Source of the DNA: Eledone cirrhosa
Lineage: Eukaryota
Reading direction: 5' to 3'
NCBI GenBank assembly: GCA_964016885.1
Contig: OZ024747.1
Coordinates: 57,288,001-57,352,000 of the forward strand
DNA length: 64,000 bases
Shown here: positions 27,323 through 40,089 of the stretch, in pieces
Position numbering within the stretch: the first letter of the stretch is position 1
How the letters are laid out: each line of letters begins with the position of its first letter
Notes under the pieces: model-generated
Told to the model about the DNA's origin: nothing
Databases searched by the model: none
Seen by the model: the letters and a program-made list of their open reading frames with translations, nothing else
Translations under genes and position numbers: made by a program

Positions 27323-27447
27323 AATTGCTGTTGTTGATGCCTATCAGAAGTGTGTAATGTTTGTCTCCTAATATTATATTTGACCAGTCTGTCTTCTGAC
27401 TCCTCCACATGGTAAATGTAAGGAATATTGTCACCAATGGAAATGAC

Positions 27448-27490
<43 letters not shown>

Positions 27491-27627
27491 GGGAGAGGGA
27501 TCGGTGGGGAGAGCGGGGGGGGGGGGGAGTTGACAAGATATTTAGTTTAAAATGAGATAAGCAATAAAAGTTTGTGTATGGGTGTGTGTGTGTGAGTGTG
27601 TGCATGTGTGTATATATGCATGTGTAT

Positions 27628-27673
<46 letters not shown>

Positions 27674-27803
27674 AGTGTGCGTATATGTGTGCATGTGTGT
27701 GTGTGTGCATGTGTGTGTATATGTATGTGTATGTGTATGTGTGTATATATATATGTGTGTTCGTGAGTGTGCGTATATGTGTGCATGTGTGTGTGTATGT
27801 GTA

Positions 27804-27834
<31 letters not shown>

Positions 27835-28699
27835 ATGTTTGTATATGTAAGTCTGCGTATATGTGTTCATATATGTGTGAGTGTATGTGTAGATATAAGT
27901 TAGAGTGTGTGTGTATATATGTGTGTATATATCTACAAGTGAATGCATATAGGTGTTTGTATATGTGAGAGAGTGTGTATATGTGGATATGCATGTGTAA
28001 ATATGTGTGTGTTTGTATCCTCTGTGGTTGAGAGGTCAATGAGGTTAGCAGCTGTCACATGACTCTATGTATGGTGGAGTGTGTCTTTTCCTATTGTATC
28101 AAAGAATGATATTACTGGTGTCTTTTATTATTTTTGAAACCCCCTGGAGAGACAGAGGGGTGGGGTAGTGACTTTCTCTGAGTTACTTCACATGAAGAGA
28201 ATTTGACAGTTTTTTAATGAGCCTTGTTTCCATACATGCATATATACATACATATTATTGGTGTGTATGTAAAGGCGGTGGATTGGCAGTATCGGTAGAG
28301 GGTCGGACACTTTCCACCATAGTTACGTCCCTTTACGATCTGAGTTCAAATCCCGAGGTTGACTTTACTTTTCATCCTTACGGGGTCGATAAAAATAAAG
28401 TACCAGTAATGCACTGAGTAATTGCTGGCCTTGTGCCAAAAGTAGAAACAATTATTCTATGTACGTGGATTGGCAGTATCGGTAGAGGGTCGGACGCTAT
28501 GCTTTGATGCATAGAGTTACGGCCCTTGCCATTCTGAGTTCAAATCCCACTGAGGTTAACTTTGCCTTTCATCCTTACAGGGTCGATAAAATAAAGTACC
28601 AGTAATGTACTGGATAATTGCTGGCCTTGTGCCTAAAGTAGAAACAATTATATACATGCACCTTTGATGAGTTGTAGTGCACCTGAGCACTGTACACAA

Positions 28700-29105
28700 T
28701 AGTTTTCCGGACCTCCAGATGGAGAAAAACTGAAGCGAGGTGATGAACAGGGGGAGCCTCTCTCACCCAGAAATGAGCCAAGAGGAAGCTGTTCCTGAAA
28801 GGTCGGGCAGAGGTCGCGAATGCGTTCATCGCATCCATCATCTGCTACTGCCTAACCATTGTGCCTTGCCCCGGCCCAACTCTGACAAAAATGGAGCGCC
28901 TCCTCTTCCGCTTTTTATGGAAGAGACGTGCTCTCCCATGGTCAGACGATCCATCTGCTGTCAACACCCATTACGTGGAGGGCTGGGCAGCCGTGGCTGA
29001 TGATGCGCAAACACGCACTGAGGTTGCGACATCTCTGGTGCTTCCTTGACGGTGAACAGGTGTGGTCACCGTTTGCCAAACCTGTTTTTCCCCAGCTCAT
29101 CTCAT
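28700..29105 (+). mobile_element. Tx1/L1-like LINE ORF2 fragment (frameshifted)
   Basis: Joined frames read GRAEVANAFIASII...PCP...ERLLFRFLWK...VRRSICCQHPLRGGLG.PWLMMRKHALRLRHLW, the post-RT region typical of L1/Tx1. Confidence 0.7.
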
Positions 29106-30025
29106 TAACTACTACTACTACTCCTACTACTACCACTACTGCTGCTGCTGCTGCTGCTACTACTACTATTACTACTGCTGCTGCTTCTACTGCTGCTGAT
29201 GACTTTAAAGGCAAGGAATTGGCAGAGTCAGGTCTGTCTCTTTACATTCTGAGTTCAATTCCTGCCAAGGTCAACATTACCTTTAATTTTCTTGGGTTTG
29301 ATAAAATGAAACACTAATTAAGTACTAGTTAAATACTGGGGTTGATATAATCGATGGCAAGCATCATTAAAAGTTTGGATGGAATTCTTTACATTTTGTT
29401 ATGGCTTGTTCAAATTCTGGGTGTCCAAATTCTGTCATGGTTTACTATACTTTTCATTCTTCCTAGGTAAATACTAATCCAGAACAGAGACATATTTATT
29501 TTGTTTTAATGTATTCTTGATAGGAATGTAATTCTAATAAAAGACAAAAGCTAGAACCACTCTATCCCATTGAGTCTCATTCACTTCATACACAATAGTA
29601 ACAAGTATGGCTTGTATAGAATCTGTAGGAGACTTGCCTTTATGTATTAAGATGGCCAAAAATGAATACTCAGAATTTTGTCAAATATTTGAAAGCCAGA
29701 AAAATTCTTAAACTTCAATTAGTTGCAAACCATCTATAATTTGGGATTTTGTATGATGCATATTAAAGTACAGTTCACATATATGAGAGTGTATTATTGC
29801 TGTACACACAAACATTGTAGATACAATTAGAAAACAAGGGTAGATTTAATGGCCTTTACTATACAGATCAGGTTTGATAAACTAAAACCTGTTTCAATAG
29901 CTGGTCCTGGTAAGCAAACAAAGATGAGATTTTGCTTCAAATAAGAATGTAAATTAAAGTTTAAGGATTCTTTGGAAACACAAAAGTCCATTGATATTTC
30001 AATCCTACCTTCTCTAATATATATA

Positions 30026-30592
30026 TACAATATTAAATAAATGGAAAACTATATTTATAAAACCATATCTATTTCATTATATATATTTCGGGGATATCAT
30101 ATTAACAATATGCTATGCCTTCATCAGACAAAATACAATATAAACAGTTTTATAGATAAATATATTCGACATACCGTAATAAACATCAACTTCATTTGAA
30201 GAGGTTCACTCTAGCAGTGAAAATACAGAGAGAAAGAAAGAGAGAGAGAAAAGAGGGAAATAGGAAAGAAAGAAAGACAAACTCTCTTTCTTTCTCTCTG
30301 TATTTTCACTGCTAGAGTGAACCTCTTCAAATGAAGTTGATGTTTATTACGGTATGTCGAATATATTTATCTATAAAACTGTTTATATTGTATTTTGTCT
30401 GATGAAGGCATAGCATATTGTTAATATGATATCCCCGAAATATATATAATGAAATAGATATGGTTTTATAAATATAGTTTTCCATTTATTTAATATTGTA
30501 AATATACTCCAAGTATTTGTCGAGTGCTTTTATATCAGTTATAAATATTTACTAGTTGTAACCCAACAATTTTAAATATAACTTTACATGTA
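30026..30592. mobile_element. Tail-to-tail fold-back element, family C, with two complete hammerhead motifs (30070-30135 -, 30391-30456 +)
   Basis: Arms 30026-30245 / 30282-30500 are essentially identical. TATTTTGT-CTGATGA-AGGCATAGCATATT(GTT)AATATGATATCCCC-GAAA-TATATA-TA-ATGAAATA. (TA)n on both sides; homologous to 24880-25268. Confidence 0.85.
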
Positions 30593-30917
30593 TATATATA
30601 TATATATTTCGTTTCTGAAGACGCAATGTTTAGACAAATCACAGAGGCAATAAACATAAATGAATTCCAACCCAAATTAAATAGAAAACATGAATGGAAT
30701 AGCAACGTCACAACTTACAATTAAGGACAAAATGAAAACACACACACACATAGAACAAACAACTAACCAGTAACATGTAAATAAACAAATAAATAAACAA
30801 ATATAAACACACACAGACACCCGGATGTAACACATGCGCAAACTAAGCACACAACAAAAACAAGATGGTGTAGGAGAGAACAAAGGAGAGGCACAAAAAC
30901 AAAGAAAAGAATCCCCA

Positions 30918-30960
30918 GTCACTGAAGAGGTCACAGAATGTGTGACGAAAGAACTTTGAC
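30918..30960 (+). ncRNA. Type I hammerhead motif (family B variant)
   Basis: GTCA-CTGAAGA-G-GTCACA(GAATG)TGTGAC-GAAA-GAAC-TT-TGAC. Stems I and II are perfect. Confidence 0.8.
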
Positions 30961-31551
30961 AATATATGAACAATTGTCTGGTTGTGGAACCAACCAACCG
31001 GAAATTTATAAATTCCTAAATTTATAAATTTAATTTATAATAAATTGAAGTGAAAGCAACTGGTGCGTGTGTTTCTTATTGGCAACATGACCCTCCCAAA
31101 GCATAATAATATATATATATATATAAATATATATATATCTGTGTGTATATGTATATATATAAATATATATATACATGTACGCACACACTGTTTCCCTGTA
31201 TCTATATGTGTGTGAGTATATGTATACATGATTGGTAAGCTTTTCAGAAACCAACCAAAGAGAAGAATTCCACTACTATTCTAAAGCTGATGAAAATGGA
31301 AAGATTTCTTTTATGGTATTTTTTTTTTTTTACATTATCTCAAAATATGTTTATTTTTTGTTCATTGTTTTATTTTTTATTTTATTTGTATATTTTAGGT
31401 CTTTTTCTTTTTTTTTTGTCTTTTATGATTTTTCTTCTTATGTTTTATACAACTCAAATATCATTTTAGATGCACAATGCCTATTTAAATGGTAGTTTAT
31501 TGTGAAAGAATCTTTATTATATATATATATGTATATATATGTATGTATATT

Positions 31552-31582
<31 letters not shown>

Positions 31583-31679
31583 GTATATATATATATATAT
31601 ATCATCATCATCATTTTACGTCCGCTTTTCCCTGCTTGCAAGGGTGGGACATATATATATATATGCATACGCATACATG

Positions 31680-31749
<70 letters not shown>

Positions 31750-31967
31750 TATGCATACATGTATGTATACATATAATTATATATACACACTGACATATAT
31801 CAAATTTCATGTTTCAACATGTTTTGTATGGTGATGTTCTGAACTTTTATCACAATGATATCTTGCAATATCATTCAATCCTTAACTGTTGCTCCTGTTG
31901 TTGTTGTTGTTGTTGTTGTTACTGATGCTATTGTTACTGTTGTTATTACTACTAATACTGCTGCTGA

Positions 31968-32065
<98 letters not shown>

Positions 32066-32081
32066 TCACCACCGCCACGAT

Positions 32082-32140
<59 letters not shown>

Positions 32141-32141
32141 T

Positions 32142-32178
<37 letters not shown>

Positions 32179-32386
32179 GTTGTTGCTGCTGCAGCTGTAT
32201 GAGTAATTTAGTTTTTTGTTGTTTTTGTTTCTTTGTTATCTTTATTGTTGCTTCCCCCTAAAATGTGAGTCTTTTGTCTGATAACATCCATCACAGTTCT
32301 ATGAATATATTACATTTATATGTTCATATATATATATATATATATATATATAAACATATGATGATGGGGATATATATGTACATGGA

Positions 32387-32475
<89 letters not shown>

Positions 32476-32712
32476 GCATAGATACTCTCACATACGCAGA
32501 TATATAATAAATACTACAAATAATTATATAGTCACATGAAAATATCCCTGAAATATTTCTTGTGTGGATGTAAAAAACTATTTTTTGTATTTAAAAAACT
32601 ATTTTTTGTTTCTTTGGCAGTTGGATTATTGTTTTATAGTTGATATTTGGTTTATACGTGCCTTCAATAATATGTCATATATTTACATGACTGGATGACT
32701 GTATGCTGGTAG

Positions 32713-32744
<32 letters not shown>

Positions 32745-33339
32745 TGGTTGTGTGTGTGAGACTATATATTGTCAAATATATACATGATTAAATAGTGCCA
32801 TATCAATACATGACTATAGGCTGTCATATATATACATGACTGTTGACTGCCCATGGAATGTCCAAGGATTATTTTTTTAAGACTGATGTACCACGATTTG
32901 ATTAATTGTCATGGTTCGTTTATAATATAATTTTCCAAATATATATTTCAATCTAGTACTCTAGCATTTTATATGAAAAATTACTAAATTTATCAAGATA
33001 ACACTTTAAATTTCTCATATATATTATCCTTATAATCATCACCATCATTTGTAAATCCATTTTCCATACTCACATGGGTTGGACAGGTCTTTTTCAGCAC
33101 AGAATCTCTCCACTCACTGCTTTCCTTCTTCATCTCCTTTGTGAGTCTCAGTGATTTGAGATGAGCACTCACCATTTCTGCTTATGTCTTCCTTAGTCTA
33201 CCTCTACTGTTGCTTTCATTCACTGAGATTAACTTGTTCTTTTTCACACAGCAATCAACATCAATGTCCATCACAGGTCCTTACCAATGCAGTCTTCTCT
33301 CTTGCTCACTACTTTGGATTCCTCTTAGACCCAATTTAT

Positions 33340-33960
33340 CATCATCATCATCATCATCAACGTTTAACGTCCGTGTTCCACGCTTGCATGGGTTTGGACG
33401 GGGGTAGTCCCACTTGAGGCAAGAGTGATTGTCTTGCTCGCGTAGGACTGTCTGGCAGGTTTTCTACAGTTGGATGCCCTTCCTAACACCAACCACATTT
33501 ACAGTGTGGGACTGGGAGGTTTTTACCGTGTTGCCTACACGGCCACATTACAGCGTGGACTGTGTGTTTTTTTTGTCGTGACACCTACACGATCTCATTT
33601 GTTTCGGCCTGGATGGCGCGGCACCAACATAACTTTACATAGAACGGGGTGGTGTGGATGGGGTGGGGGTGGTGGGGGTGGGACGGGGTGTATTTTGTTA
33701 GAGATGCCTACTGGCTGTAGTAGGTTTTACTATGTATTTAGGTAAGGCGGGTCTTCTCTGTTACTGAGTACCGCCAAAGGTCTCGGTCCAGTGACATTGT
33801 CTTGGAGAGGTGTAAGTGTGTGATGTCGGAGTTTATCAGCTCGTCCCAGGTTTTTCTAGGTCTGCCTATTCCGTGACTACCGTCTATCTTTATTGCCCTG
33901 CACTTTGTTATACAGCTATCGACTTTCATGCGCATCACGTGTCCATACCAACGTAGCCTT
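33340..33960 (-). mobile_element. RTE-tailed non-autonomous retroelement joined to an RTE LINE 3' fragment
   Basis: (CAT)n-AACGTTTAACGTCCGTGTTCCACGCTTGCATGGG tail and a GGATGCCCTTCCTAACACCAACC body. ORF 33738-33938 contains GRPRKTWDEL. Homologues at 33990-34310, 42165-42480, 60187-60640 and 60740-60852. Confidence 0.75.
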
Positions 33961-34738
33961 ATGCATGTATGTATATATATATATATATATCATCAGCATC
34001 GTTTAACGTCTATCTTCCACACTAGCATGGGTTAGACAGGAGTTGTCCCACTTGAGGTAAGATTGGTCGGGTGACTGTGTCTCGCTCGTATAGGACTAGC
34101 TGGCAGGTTTTCTACACCTGGATGCCCTTCCTAACACCAACCACATTTATAGTGTGGAGTGGGAACTTTTTACTTTGTTACCTACACGACCACATTACAG
34201 CGTGGACTGTGTGTTTTTTTGTCATGACACCTACATGACCTCATTAGTTTGGACTGGATGTTGTGGTACCAACATAACTTTATAGAGAAAGGATGGTGCT
34301 GGCGGGAGTGGGAGGATGGAGTAGGGGTAGTGGGTTGGTGTGTATGTTATATACTCTTTTACTCTTTTACCTGTTTCAGCCATCCGGCTGAGGCCATGCT
34401 GGGGCACATATATATACATAGAAATATTAAAACAATGAAATTAAACACAAAACTGTTAATTCATAATATATATATATATATATTTATATAAGGAAGCTGC
34501 AGTAGAAAGAGACTAAGAAACAATTGGGAAGAGGTTGTGAGTGTTGATCTCAAATCCCTGGAGTTCACAGAGAGATGATAAATGATCGCAATGAGTGGAG
34601 GGATGCTATGCTAGAAAAGACTTGTCCAACACATACAAGCATGCAAAATACTTATGATGATGATATGAAAAATATTAATACCACGGAACTGGGTTTAAGC
34701 TATATGGTAAAAACATGTTTCAAAAACTGGAGTGTCTC

Positions 34739-35037
34739 CAAGGGTTGGATTTAGACTTTGGGAGGCCGCTCATGCACAAAAATATTACAATACACCCCTC
34801 TCCACACAATCTTACATATCAAAGTTAGCTTGGCGCAAGTAATTGGAATTGAAAAGTTATACATACAGGTATTAAATTAAAAAATTCTAACCATCCTATC
34901 ACTAAAGAGCCCAGCTGAGGGCACAAATAAATTGCTACGGCTGACACTGGTGGGCCCTCTACTGCTGGGGGCCTGGGGTAATTGCCATCTTTGCATCACC
35001 ACCACCACCACCACCACCACTATTAAATCTGGCCTTG
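34739..35037. mobile_element. Non-autonomous DNA-transposon-like repeat with CAGGGCCGGATTTA-type termini (copies ~50616-50961, ~53754-54020)
   Basis: Shared internal TTACATATCAAAGTTAGCTTGGCGCAAGTAATTGGAATTGAAAAGTTATACATACAG in three copies, with degenerate inverted termini. Confidence 0.6.
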
Positions 35038-35489
35038 GTGTCTCCTATTATTCAATGCTTCCATCTTTATTTGACCAAAATGTGGTTGGTAATAAATAAT
35101 AATAGATGATGCAAAAAATGTGTTTCTTTCATCACTACTATGATGAATATTGCTAATAATAACTAATTATTTCTACTTTAGGCACAAGGCCAGCAAAATG
35201 CCCAGTACATTACTGGTACTTTATTTTATCGACCCCGTAAGGATGAAAGGCAAAGTTAACTTCGGCGAGATTTGAACTCAGACTGTAAAGGGACGTAACT
35301 ATGCTAGAAAGCATGGCGTCCAACCCTCTACCGATGCTGCCAATTCACCGCCCTTATTGCTAATAATAGCTGATAAGACCAAAAGATGTCTGGAGTTTAG
35401 CTAAATAACTGAAATTGTATTAGTAAATTACTAATATTGTTTTTTCCTCAATACAATTTCATTTTTTGTTAGTTTTGGTTGTAAATTGA

Positions 35490-37062
35490 TTGAACTAGTT
35501 GCAAATAGATAAATCTACCTATAAATAGGTCAACCTAGCTAAAAATAGATCAATCAAGCTATATGTGGGCCAACTTAGCTCTAAATAGGCCAACCTAACT
35601 AGAAACAGGTCACAATTATGGTAAATATAATGTCCTACTTATAAATAATTTGAACTAGATGGAAAAAAGTTTGACCCAGCTGACTATAGGTTGGATTAGC
35701 TATAAATCGGCCAACCATGCTAAATATAGATCAACCTAGCTGCACATAGGGTAAACTAACTATAAATAAGTATACTAGCTGTAGAAGGGGTCTAGTTTGA
35801 CACAGCGTTAACCCTTTAGCATTTACATTACTCTATATTTACTATTATATTTTCATAGTAAGCACTATCTCATAATTATCTCACATAATACTGAATCTAC
35901 GAGATTTTGATATTATTTATTTTTAGAACAATAGCTTAGCAGTTATGGTTGGTTTGAACAGAAAGAGGTGAGGGGATTCTGGCTGAATATGACCAGTTTA
36001 AATGCTAAAGGGTTAAACATTCTGTTACAGTATTTCTAATGATATACTCATCATTTCAATTAATTAGTGAAGAATTTTGAGGGTTTACTAAAATTATTAA
36101 TTATTTTAGTACTAAGATAATAAATGAAAACATGGTTCATATATAAAATTGTCTTTGAAGATTTTAATTTAAATAAATGGTTTTTCATAGAACCAGTGTC
36201 AGTTTTGACCAGTTCACTCCTACAAGGGTTAAATTTGTAGATCTAGAAGTAAATAAACCAACGTAGCTGTTACTATGTCAAATCAACTAAGAATAACTTT
36301 AGCATTTACATTACTCTATATTTACTATTGTATTTTCACGATAAAGGCTTTATTTCACTTAATTATCTCACATAATATCGAATCTATAAGATTTTTATAT
36401 TATTTATTTTGTGCACAATGCCTTAACATTGGCATAAGTGGCCATTTACAGCTGGTTTGAACAGAAAGAGGTGAGAGAATTCTGGCTGGATATGACCGGT
36501 TTAAATGCTAAAGGGTTAACCCAGCTCTGAAGGGGTATGTTAGTTATAGAAATGTTCAACCAGAGGTAAATATGTTGAGCTGGCTGTGAATATAATGAAC
36601 TAGCTGTCAATACGATGAGTTAGCTATAAATATGTTGAGTTAGCTGTAAATATGATGAGCTAGTTGAAGACTGCAGAGCTAGCTGTAGACCTGTAGAGCT
36701 AGCTGGAAATATGTTGAGTTAGCTGTAATATGTTGAGCGAGCTGTAAATATGATGAGCTAGTTGAAGACTGCAGAGCTAGCTGTAGACCTGTAGAGCTAG
36801 CTGGAAATATGTTGAGTTAGCTGTAATATGTTGAGCGAGCTGTAAATATGATGAGCTAGTTGAAGACTGCAGAGCTAGCTGTAGACCTGTAGAGCTAGCT
36901 GGAAATATGTTGAGTTAGCTGTAATATGTTGAGCTAGCTGTATATATGATGAGTTAGTTGGAAATATATTGAGCTAACTGTGAATATGATGAACTGGCTG
37001 CATATATGTTGAACTAGGTATGAATATGTTGACTTAGCTGTAGAACTGTAGAGCTAGCTGTA
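35490..37062. repeat. Degenerate ~20-bp minisatellite (AGCTRTAAATAKGTYRA..) interrupted by TTAA MITEs, with a 98-bp higher-order unit x3 at ~36657-36950
   Basis: TAGTTGAAGACTGCAGAGC recurs at 36661, 36759 and 36857. MITEs at 35808-36016 and ~36293-36519. Confidence 0.75.
35808..36016. mobile_element. piggyBac-type MITE (family copies: ~36293-36519, 44040-44280, 51921-52136, 52453-52659, 62614-62830)
   Basis: TTAA-CCCTTTAGCATTTA...TAAATGCTAAAGGG-TTAA with a shared ~210-240 bp body. Confidence 0.85.
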
Positions 37063-37088
37063 AATTTCATCTTTTATTTCTCATTCTA

Positions 37089-37124
37089 TCTTCTGATGAA
37101 GAACTAGTAGCCGAAACATAAAGA
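37089..37124 (+). ncRNA. Minimal type I hammerhead-like motif (family E)
   Basis: TCTT-CTGATGA-AGAACTAGTAGCC-GAAA-CA-TA-AAGA. Stem I TCTT/AAGA and a minimal stem III; stem II is degenerate. Confidence 0.55.
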
Positions 37125-37222
37125 CCTTTTCCCTACTACATTAAGTGTTAAACTAATATATTATTTCATTCTACTGTGTCGTTTGATTTGTTGATTCCGT
37201 TTAAGTTTTGCATATATGTATA

Positions 37223-37267
<45 letters not shown>

Positions 37268-37483
37268 GTATGTATGTAAAAAATAAACAGAAATAATAAA
37301 AATAGCAAAACAAGCAGCACAGTAAGGAAGAGGCTCGTAATTTTTCGGACACTAGTCCGTCATTAGAGTTAAAAATAGAAGAAAGATAAAAAGTAAAGAG
37401 TGATAGGTGGAAGGAACAGGGAAAAATAATTGAGGGAAAATTATGAGAAAAATAACTGGGGAGAAAAAAAAACACACACATAC

Positions 37484-37499
37484 ATATTGAGTCGGCCAT
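37484..37499 (-). CDS. Candidate first coding micro-exon of an unidentified minus-strand gene (MADSI...)
   Basis: AACAAGATGGCCG start context (YY1-like CAAGATGGC), followed 16 nt later by a GTATGT donor. The surroundings are relatively CpG-rich. Confidence 0.4.
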
Positions 37500-38249
37500 C
37501 TTGTTGACTTGTCTTCATATAATCGTCTTTATTTAATCGTCTTCGCATTTCATTATTTATTCATGGATGATTTTTAAGTGGGAGTTTAATGATGTTGTAG
37601 TTCTAGTGATGGTGGTGGTGATAGAGATGATGGTAGTAGGGATCTTTTCTTCCTTTTCTGGTGCCTTAATCCCCTCCCATTTACATAGTACGTTTAGTCA
37701 CTCCCACATGTAAATCTTCCATATTCCCCCAGAGTCACCATCGCCACCACCAACATCATCATCATCACTATATACACACATATAAGCAGAGCTGCATCAA
37801 CATCATAATACATATATACATATGTATATGTATACTTACATACATACACACATACATACGTACATACACATACGTATACACACACATACATACATATACA
37901 CATATACACACATATACACACATCTGTACATATATATACGCATACACACACACACACACATACACATACATGCACACTTACATACATACACACGTACAAA
38001 CATACATACTCACATATACATACATACATACATACATATGTACACACATACATACATACATACATACAAATATATGTACATACATGCACACACATACATG
38101 CACACACATACATGCATACATACATATATACACACACATACATGCATACACACTCCTGTGATTATATACATACATTCTTATATATATAATTATATGTGTA
38201 TATACATTTGTAAAAGTGCAGTGTAAGTCATCCAGTTAATTGTCATATA

Positions 38250-40030
38250 TTTGTCACCAGTGCACCAACTGCACTGACACCACCAACAGCTGCACTGACA
38301 TCACCCACAGCTGCACTGACACCACCCACCACTGCACTGACATCACCCACAGCTGCACTGACATCACCCACAGCTGCACGGACACCACCCACAGCTGCAC
38401 TGTCACCACCCACAACTGCACTGTCACCAGTGCACCAACTGCACTGACACCACCCACAGCTGCACAGACACCACCCACAATTGCACTGACACCACCAAGC
38501 TGCACTGACACCACCCACAACAGCACTGACACCACCCACAGCTGCACGGACACCACCCACAGCTGCACTGTCACCACCCACAACTGCACTGACATCACCC
38601 ACAGCTGCACTGTCACCAGTGCACCAACTGCACTGACACCACCCACAGCTGCACTGTCACCAGTGCACCAACTGCACTGACACCACCCACAGCTGCACTG
38701 ACACCACCCACAGCTGCACTGTAACCAGTACACCAACTGCACTGATACCACCCACAGCTGCACTGACACCACCCACAGCTGCACTGTAACCAGTACACCA
38801 ACTGCACTGACACCACCCAAAGCTGCACTGTCACCAGTGCACCAACTGCACTGACACCACCCACAGCTGCACTGACACCACCCACAGCTGCACTGTAACC
38901 AGTACACCAACTGCACTGACACCACCCAAAGCTGCACAGACACCACCCAAGCTGCACTGACACCACCCACAGCTGCACTGACACCACCCACAGCTGCACT
39001 GTCACCACCCACAGCTGCACTGTCACCAGTGCACCAACTGCACTGACACCACCCACAGCTGCACTGTCACCACCCACAGCTGCACTGGCACCACCCACAG
39101 CTGCACTGTCACCAGTGCACCAACTGCACTGACACCACCCACAGCTGCACTGACACCACCCACAGCTGCACTGACACCACCCACAGCTGCACTGACACCA
39201 CCCACAGCTGCACTGTCACCAGTGCACCAACTGCACTGACACCACCCACAGCTGCACTGACACCACCCACAGCTGCACTGACACCACCCACAGCTGCACT
39301 GACACCACCCACAGCTGCACTGTCACCACCCACAGCTGCACTGTCACCAGTGCACCAAGCTGCACTGACACCACCTACAGCTGCACTGACACCACCCACA
39401 GCTGCACTGACACCACCCACAGCTGCACTGACACCACCCACAGCTGCACTGACACCACCCACAGCTGCACTGTCACCAGTGCACCAACTGCACTGACACC
39501 ACCCACAGCTGCACTGACACCACCCACAGCTGCACTGTCACCACCCACAGCTGCACTGACACCACCCACATCTGCACTGACACCACCCACAACTGCACTG
39601 ACATCACCCACAGCTGCACTGTCACCAGTGCACCAACTGCACTGACACCACCCACAGCTGCACTGTCACCAGTGCACCAACTGCACTGACACCACCCACA
39701 GCTGCACTGACACCACCCACAGCTGCACTGTCACCACCCACAGCTGCACTGACACCATCCACAGCTGCACTGTCACCACCCACAGCTGCACTGACACCAC
39801 CCACAGCTGCACTGTCACCAGTGCACCAACTGCACTGACACCACCCACAGCTGCACTGACACCACCCACAGCTGCACTGACACCACCCACAGCTGCACTG
39901 TCACCAGTGCACCAACTGCACTGACACCACCCACAGCTGCACTGACACCACCCACAGCTGCACTGACACCACCCACAGCTGCACTGTCACCAGTGCACCA
40001 ACTGCACTGACACCACCCACAGCTGCACTC
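38250..40030. repeat. GC-rich minisatellite, 21-bp unit ACAGCTGCACTGACACCACCC with interspersed 23-bp variant TGTCACCAGTGCACCAACTGCAC
   Basis: Direct reading over about 1.8 kb. Confidence 0.95.
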
Positions 40031-40089
40031 ATATCAACTTGTCCTATTTCAACTTCTGACCATCTATTAATGCCTTCGCCTTCCCCATC

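Noticed and set aside
30595-30650. Minus-strand ATTTGT-CTAAACA...GAAA-TATATA resembling a family C motif
   Set aside because: The core is too degenerate and there is no convincing stem II.
31248-31315. Plus-strand exon candidate that also contains CTGATGA...GAAA
   Set aside because: No stem II is possible, so it is not a ribozyme. As an exon it is isolated, two frames are open and I found no partner exons.
38240-39890. Antifreeze-like or repeat-protein ORFs (CTDTTHS)n
   Set aside because: The frame is broken repeatedly by the 23-bp variant unit; it is a minisatellite.
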